Shown here: positions 60,125 through 64,000 of the stretch, piece by piece
Position numbering within the stretch: position 1 is the first letter of the stretch
How the letters are laid out: each line of letters starts with the position of its first letter
Assembly (NCBI GenBank): GCA_964399085.1
Contig: CAYNPN010000005.1
Coordinates: forward strand, 5,328-69,327
DNA: 64,000 bases
Source: Candidatus Hadarchaeota archaeon
GTDB taxonomy: Archaea > Hadarchaeota > Hadarchaeia > Hadarchaeales > JAGGTB01
Direction of reading: 5' to 3'
Program-made: the position numbers and the translations under genes
Notes under the pieces: model-generated
The model's database searches: none
Told to the model about the DNA's origin: nothing
The model's input: only the letters and a program-made list of their open reading frames with translations

Positions 60125-60795
60125 AGGAGGTCGTGTGAGGGGGTTCTTGCCCGGAGGCCGGGCTGCTACCGAGCGGTCTTTTCGGGCAAAACGGTTTGCC
60201 ACTCATTTGCCGATTCCCTGAACTTTCACAAGAACCACTACATCGAACACCATCTGCCCGGATTGGAGGCTCCATTGCCGGAGCTCGTGGCAAAACCTCC
60301 TCTCTATTAAACGCGGGGGAGCCTATCGTCCGAATCCTCGGCCAATCGGTCTTGGCATATAGACCTGGAACCTTAGCAGAAGGACTGACCCCCCCCCCAC
60401 GAATAAATTCGGGGGGTTCCACCCATTCACCCGTGCCATCCGGATTTCGGGCTACCGGTGGAACTGCCCCCGCCACAGACGGGTCTTTTTGCAGGTTCCC
60501 TACCTGAAACCAACTTGATTCCCACCAAAGGTGGGTTTACAGAGGATGGATTCGACGGTTCGGAGTTCAGGGTTCAGTCAGTGGAACCCCCGTTCCGGAT
60601 AGAAGCTTTAAGTGTGCAGGAAGGGTATTCGTTCCTCCCCGTCCTGACGCCCCCGACCGGCTTCGGGGACTCGAAGCTTACCCGAAACTCCGATAATGCG
60701 ATGACCGGGACGGTTATAAAGAAATTTCCGGAGAGGTCTGTGAAAGTATTCGCCATTCATCCCACCACTAAAGTGAGTGGGCTTTCTGTCGACAG
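60125..60795. ncRNA. Candidate large structured RNA of unknown family (strand unresolved)
   Basis: The block is GC-rich within an AT-leaning genome, and its overlapping ORFs on both strands have P/G/R/S-rich, non-acidic translations. It contains many perfect local hairpins. Examples are 60149-60163, 60185-60200, nested 60265-60300, 60389-60416, 60436-60461, 60521-60535, 60583-60596, 60651-60668 and 60761-60781. Confidence 0.55.
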
Positions 60796-60957
60796 TTTGT
60801 AAACTAGCAAAAATCTCGGAAAATATTGTACCAAATTATCACCTAACTATTCTCCGATTAGGAAGTGGAGCTTCAAAGCATTGTAGGTTAAAAAAATAGC
60901 TAAGAAATATCCTGCTTATCGGATATCTAGAACGGATCTAACCTTTAATTCCCGCGA

Positions 60958-61710
60958 TTATAGGTCTTCTTGCTCTTTGAACCAATTCTTGAAAGCTTGT
61001 TTAATCTGTATCTTTTCTTCCTTTGACGCTTTATCAAACTCGGAATAGGTCATATCCATTTTTTTGAGAAATTCTATGAATATTTTTTCAGCCCTTATAG
61101 GTTGCTTTTTCAGATCTTCCCATTTACTCCCCATCTCACGCGTTCTTTCTTCCGTTTTTCTTATTTTCTCGAGCAAATCGTGCGGTTCGACCAACCTGTG
61201 ATTCCCTTCTTCATCGAAAGTAAACATCTGATTGTAATGTCTGGATTCCTCGTCCTTCACTATGTAGATACAAAATCCCTCAGGTATAGATACCCTATCG
61301 TATTCGCTCATCCGTTGCATGGGTGCCCCATCTGGGGCTCTCTTCCCGTACTCTTCAATTATCTGTTTAATTGAATCTAACTCCTTTTCCAAATCCTCGA
61401 TAGAATTCATAGATAAATCGAAAGAGTTCTCCACTAACGCGACAAGATTGTCATCGAAAAGCTGAAAAAGGTCATCATATTGAGTATTTTCAATTCCACC
61501 TGCCTCGGCAGTTTCCTGAATATCCTCAAGACTATCCTCAATACCCTTTAAATCATCCTCATTAATCTCTCTATAATTAAGTAGATTTCTAACATTATTC
61601 ACTTCGCGATCTATTTCCTCGGCTATGTCCTCACTTACTTTCTCTCTCCTGTAATCTCGGATATCTTCCAGAGTAGAAATAATATTATCAATTGTACCTA
61701 CAATACCCAT
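60958..61710 (-). CDS. Hypothetical acidic protein (250 aa)
   Basis: The long ORF has genome-typical acidic, helical composition and no recognised motif. Confidence 0.55.
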   Translation of the reverse strand: MGIVGTIDNIISTLEDIRDYRREKVSEDIAEEIDREVNNVRNLLNYREINEDDLKGIEDSLEDIQETAEAGGIENTQYDDLFQLFDDNLVALVENSFDLSMNSIEDLEKELDSIKQIIEEYGKRAPDGAPMQRMSEYDRVSIPEGFCIYIVKDEESRHYNQMFTFDEEGNHRLVEPHDLLEKIRKTEERTREMGSKWEDLKKQPIRAEKIFIEFLKKMDMTYSEFDKASKEEKIQIKQAFKNWFKEQEDL

Positions 61711-61933
61711 CGTTTACCAATTATTTTTATGAGATTGTGGTAAATTAATTTGTTGAAATATCTTAATAGGCTCCATTTGCCCTCAGATATCTAACAGATG
61801 CCTCTTCGCTCCGTCTGGGACAATTACCACTAGGTAATTTGTCGAAGTGGTTGAAGAAACCTACCAATCGGGGTATGAAAAATCTGAAGTGAGAACTGTA
61901 TGAACCATGATTCGAATTATCACTATATCGTTT

Positions 61934-63235
61934 CTATACAAACCTTAGGATTATAATGATTAGTATTGCCACAGTCACTCCGGCTCCGATCCATAACCAA
62001 GGCAAACCTTCTTGGGATTCATCCGGAGGTATAACAGGTTCTTCCTCAAAGTTTGCGGTAATCACCTTATTCTCGTCCATAGTCACCGTAATCTCTTTTT
62101 CTTCGGAAGAGACATCTCCACTCCATTCTACGAACTCCCAGTTATTGTCCGGAACAGCATTAATCGTTACTTCTTCACCTTCCTCGTAAGTATGGGTTCC
62201 AAGAGGAGGATCAGTAGTTCCTTCACCCTCAACCTTTATCGTGAGTTCTTGTTCAAAAGCCGCACCCTTTACGGTGAACTCCTCAGTTTTCACAATATTA
62301 TCCCAGGCCATGAATTGAAACTCGTAGTCTCCTTCCTCCAGATAACCGAGGGAATAGGAGTTTTCAACTGTCTTGATTGCCTGCGGAGAAGGGCCGGTGT
62401 CCTTTTCAATCTCAGCATTCACGGAAAACACATTATTGTTTTGAGAGACATCACCCCAGTCCTTCACACGATAACCCATGTCAGAGAAAGTGATAGTAAC
62501 TTCACTAGTGATTTCATTGTCTTCCGTAGGGGATGGTGGAGAAATATCGATCTCTACTTCCTCGTTATCAGGGACGTAAGGCACCCATTCCGAGTATTCG
62601 ACCACAAGTTCTGGAGAACAAGAATCGTTCTCTCTGGATCTGAACATTTTCATCTTTCTTGGGCTTCCCTTATTTTCGTTTGTCATCTTGACCAAGAAGC
62701 CATGATTGGTTTCTAACATGCTTTTCACGGCATCGGTGACGTCCCACGAAACGTAGTGAGGCGGTTTTGGAAATCCTACTGGTATAGTGTCTATTGGGGA
62801 AGTAGTGTAGGAGGGGGCGTTATTCCAAGTAACGCCAGTCTCCGTCCAAGAACCATTCAGAGAATGGACGCTGACCTCGTAGTTATCTTCATCATCAAAG
62901 TTGTACAAGTACAGATTGAGCGTAGCGTTATCAATCTCCGCACCCAAAGGGATAGTCGAGAGATCGAACTTTAGAAGAGACCTCGAGGTCCAATTATCGG
63001 GGTAGTCAACTACCCACAGAGTATTTTCTTTTCCAAAATTTTTGGACGGTTCCAGTTTTTCTATGTACGAGTCTTTTGTAGGAGTTAAGGTTGCTTTCTG
63101 GGAAGAGACGTTCTCATTATTGCTTGTTTCATTTGCAGCAGCACTTTCAATGGATATAGAATAAGCGCTCAATACGCCCAGAACCACAACGGCGACGATG
63201 ATGAAGGTGGTTATTTTCTTCCGCCCGAAATTCAT
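61934..63235 (-). CDS. Secreted/anchored surface protein with a DNRLRE-like domain and a divergent InlB B-repeat-like domain
   Basis: It has an N-terminal signal/TM. Then comes SYIEKLEPSKNFGKENTLWV...SRSLLKFDLSTIPLGAEIDNATLNLYLY (DNRLRE-type). It continues with VEGEGTTDPPLGTHTYEEGEEVTINAVPDNNWEFVEWSGD and a C-terminal TM. Confidence 0.65.
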   Translation of the reverse strand: MNFGRKKITTFIIVAVVVLGVLSAYSISIESAAANETSNNENVSSQKATLTPTKDSYIEKLEPSKNFGKENTLWVVDYPDNWTSRSLLKFDLSTIPLGAEIDNATLNLYLYNFDDEDNYEVSVHSLNGSWTETGVTWNNAPSYTTSPIDTIPVGFPKPPHYVSWDVTDAVKSMLETNHGFLVKMTNENKGSPRKMKMFRSRENDSCSPELVVEYSEWVPYVPDNEEVEIDISPPSPTEDNEITSEVTITFSDMGYRVKDWGDVSQNNNVFSVNAEIEKDTGPSPQAIKTVENSYSLGYLEEGDYEFQFMAWDNIVKTEEFTVKGAAFEQELTIKVEGEGTTDPPLGTHTYEEGEEVTINAVPDNNWEFVEWSGDVSSEEKEITVTMDENKVITANFEEEPVIPPDESQEGLPWLWIGAGVTVAILIIIILRFV

Positions 63236-63567
63236 TTCTAAATACTCCCCTCTTATGAATACTTAGGCAGTCATTAATAAATTTCCTCATTTTGTAAAAC
63301 AATCAGGAGATAGCAGTTTTACTGATACGATGCTTCCTTATTTTTAGAACAAACTTATCAAAACTATTTCTCTACTGGAGCGATGTGACATGGCAATGCC
63401 ATATAGAGGAAAAACACCGCTTTTTAACTTCCAAGAGTAGCTCCACGACCAGGTGGAAAGAGGAAGAATCAAAATAAGAATCCATTTGTGATCTCCCTTT
63501 CGTTTAGGACATAGGAATGGATTTTTTCCATTTTATTGGACTGGAGAGATATTTCGATCTTTCCATC

Positions 63568-64000
63568 TCATTTCCGTCTTTGATCCTCGGGAATCAAACC
63601 CCGTTCCCGGGCCCTACCCACGTAAACGCCGACCGTGGATTGGGATATACCGAGCTTTTCGGCCATCTCCTTGTAGGATTTTCCGTCTTTCCACATTCGA
63701 GCGACCTGTTCCACGCGTGTAGTTCCCGAGTCCGGAGGTGCAAAATCTCCCACCTCGCTCAAGTCACCGGGTTCGGCGGAGGAAGCTCGTCTCCTGTATT
63801 TCTCGAGGAGAGTCGAAACTCCGTACGCTTCCGCAATCTCTTCTAGCCTTTCATCGTCCAGCTTGACTCCGTCCGACGTGAGCAGGGCTATGACATCCTT
63901 TTTGTCCTCGGGATCAGTATCACTATCCTTAACTAGCTTCAATTTCTCGCCGATGATGAACTCTGGAACGGCAACGTACAGGCCCGTTTCCTCCTCCTTT
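63568..64000 (-). CDS. Partial CDS (5' end beyond the window) with a C-terminal sigma-70 region 4/LuxR-like HTH
   Basis: SYKEMAEKLGISQSTVGVYVGRARERG is an HTH. By hand, the reading frame stays open from 63942 to the window edge (…KEEETGLYVAVPEFIIGEKLKLVKD). The ORF-track TTG start is therefore probably internal. Confidence 0.55.
   Translation of the reverse strand, partial: KEEETGLYVAVPEFIIGEKLKLVKDSDTDPEDKKDVIALLTSDGVKLDDERLEEIAEAYGVSTLLEKYRRRASSAEPGDLSEVGDFAPPDSGTTRVEQVARMWKDGKSYKEMAEKLGISQSTVGVYVGRARERGLIPEDQRRK

Noticed and set aside
60125-60795. The GC-rich block as SRP (7S) RNA, a group II intron, or a GC-rich foreign protein gene
   Set aside because: Neither strand has the helix-8 signature (CAGG..GNRA..AGCAGC arrangement), and the block is about twice the archaeal SRP RNA length. 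I could not find a domain-V-like 14-bp hairpin with a GNRA loop near either end, there is no convincing GUGYG...AY boundary pair, and there is no RT ORF. The three overlapping ORFs (144, 103 and 114 aa) have low-complexity, basic, P/G/S-rich translations unlike any other protein here.

Overview
This window is an archaeal chromosomal segment. The markers are an archaeal histone, Alba, GGGP synthase, ribosomal protein L40e, an archaeal-type RNase P RNA, and an initiator-type tRNA-Met with an AGCGGGG acceptor stem. Predicted proteins are strongly acidic (D/E-rich) while the DNA is AT-leaning. That suggests a salt-in halophile outside the high-GC Halobacteria, but this is inference only.

Most of the window is housekeeping or ion homeostasis:
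- Channels and transporters: MscS, kdpFABC plus a tandem-USP gene, a P-type II ATPase, TrkAH, PiT and an ABC-2 exporter.
- A split lysine/DAP cluster: class-III aminotransferase, lysA, lysC, dapA, dapB and asd, interrupted by an antisense dut.
- PAS histidine kinases and response regulators, and assorted metabolic enzymes.

Four things deserve a second look:
1. A ~670-nt GC-rich, hairpin-dense block at ~60.1-60.8 kb has no credible ORF and matches no RNA family I recognise. It sits inside a run of hypothetical genes.
2. A plus-strand operon at 47.3-52.3 kb runs saccharopine-DH-like, FGGY kinase, ComB-like phosphatase, RuBisCO-like protein. The RuBisCO homologue lacks several carboxylase active-site residues by eye.
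3. Four direct copies of a ~15-bp motif, AACAGGGGTGTTAAC, lie at 19.7-20.3 kb. Two or three of them sit about 27 bp downstream of TATA-like boxes. Two are followed by oligo-T tracts, and one lies in front of a small HTH gene.
4. The initiator tRNA-Met carries a 30-nt intron in the T-loop.

I saw no CRISPR array, transposase or rRNA. All homology calls come from motif recognition by eye. No searches were run.
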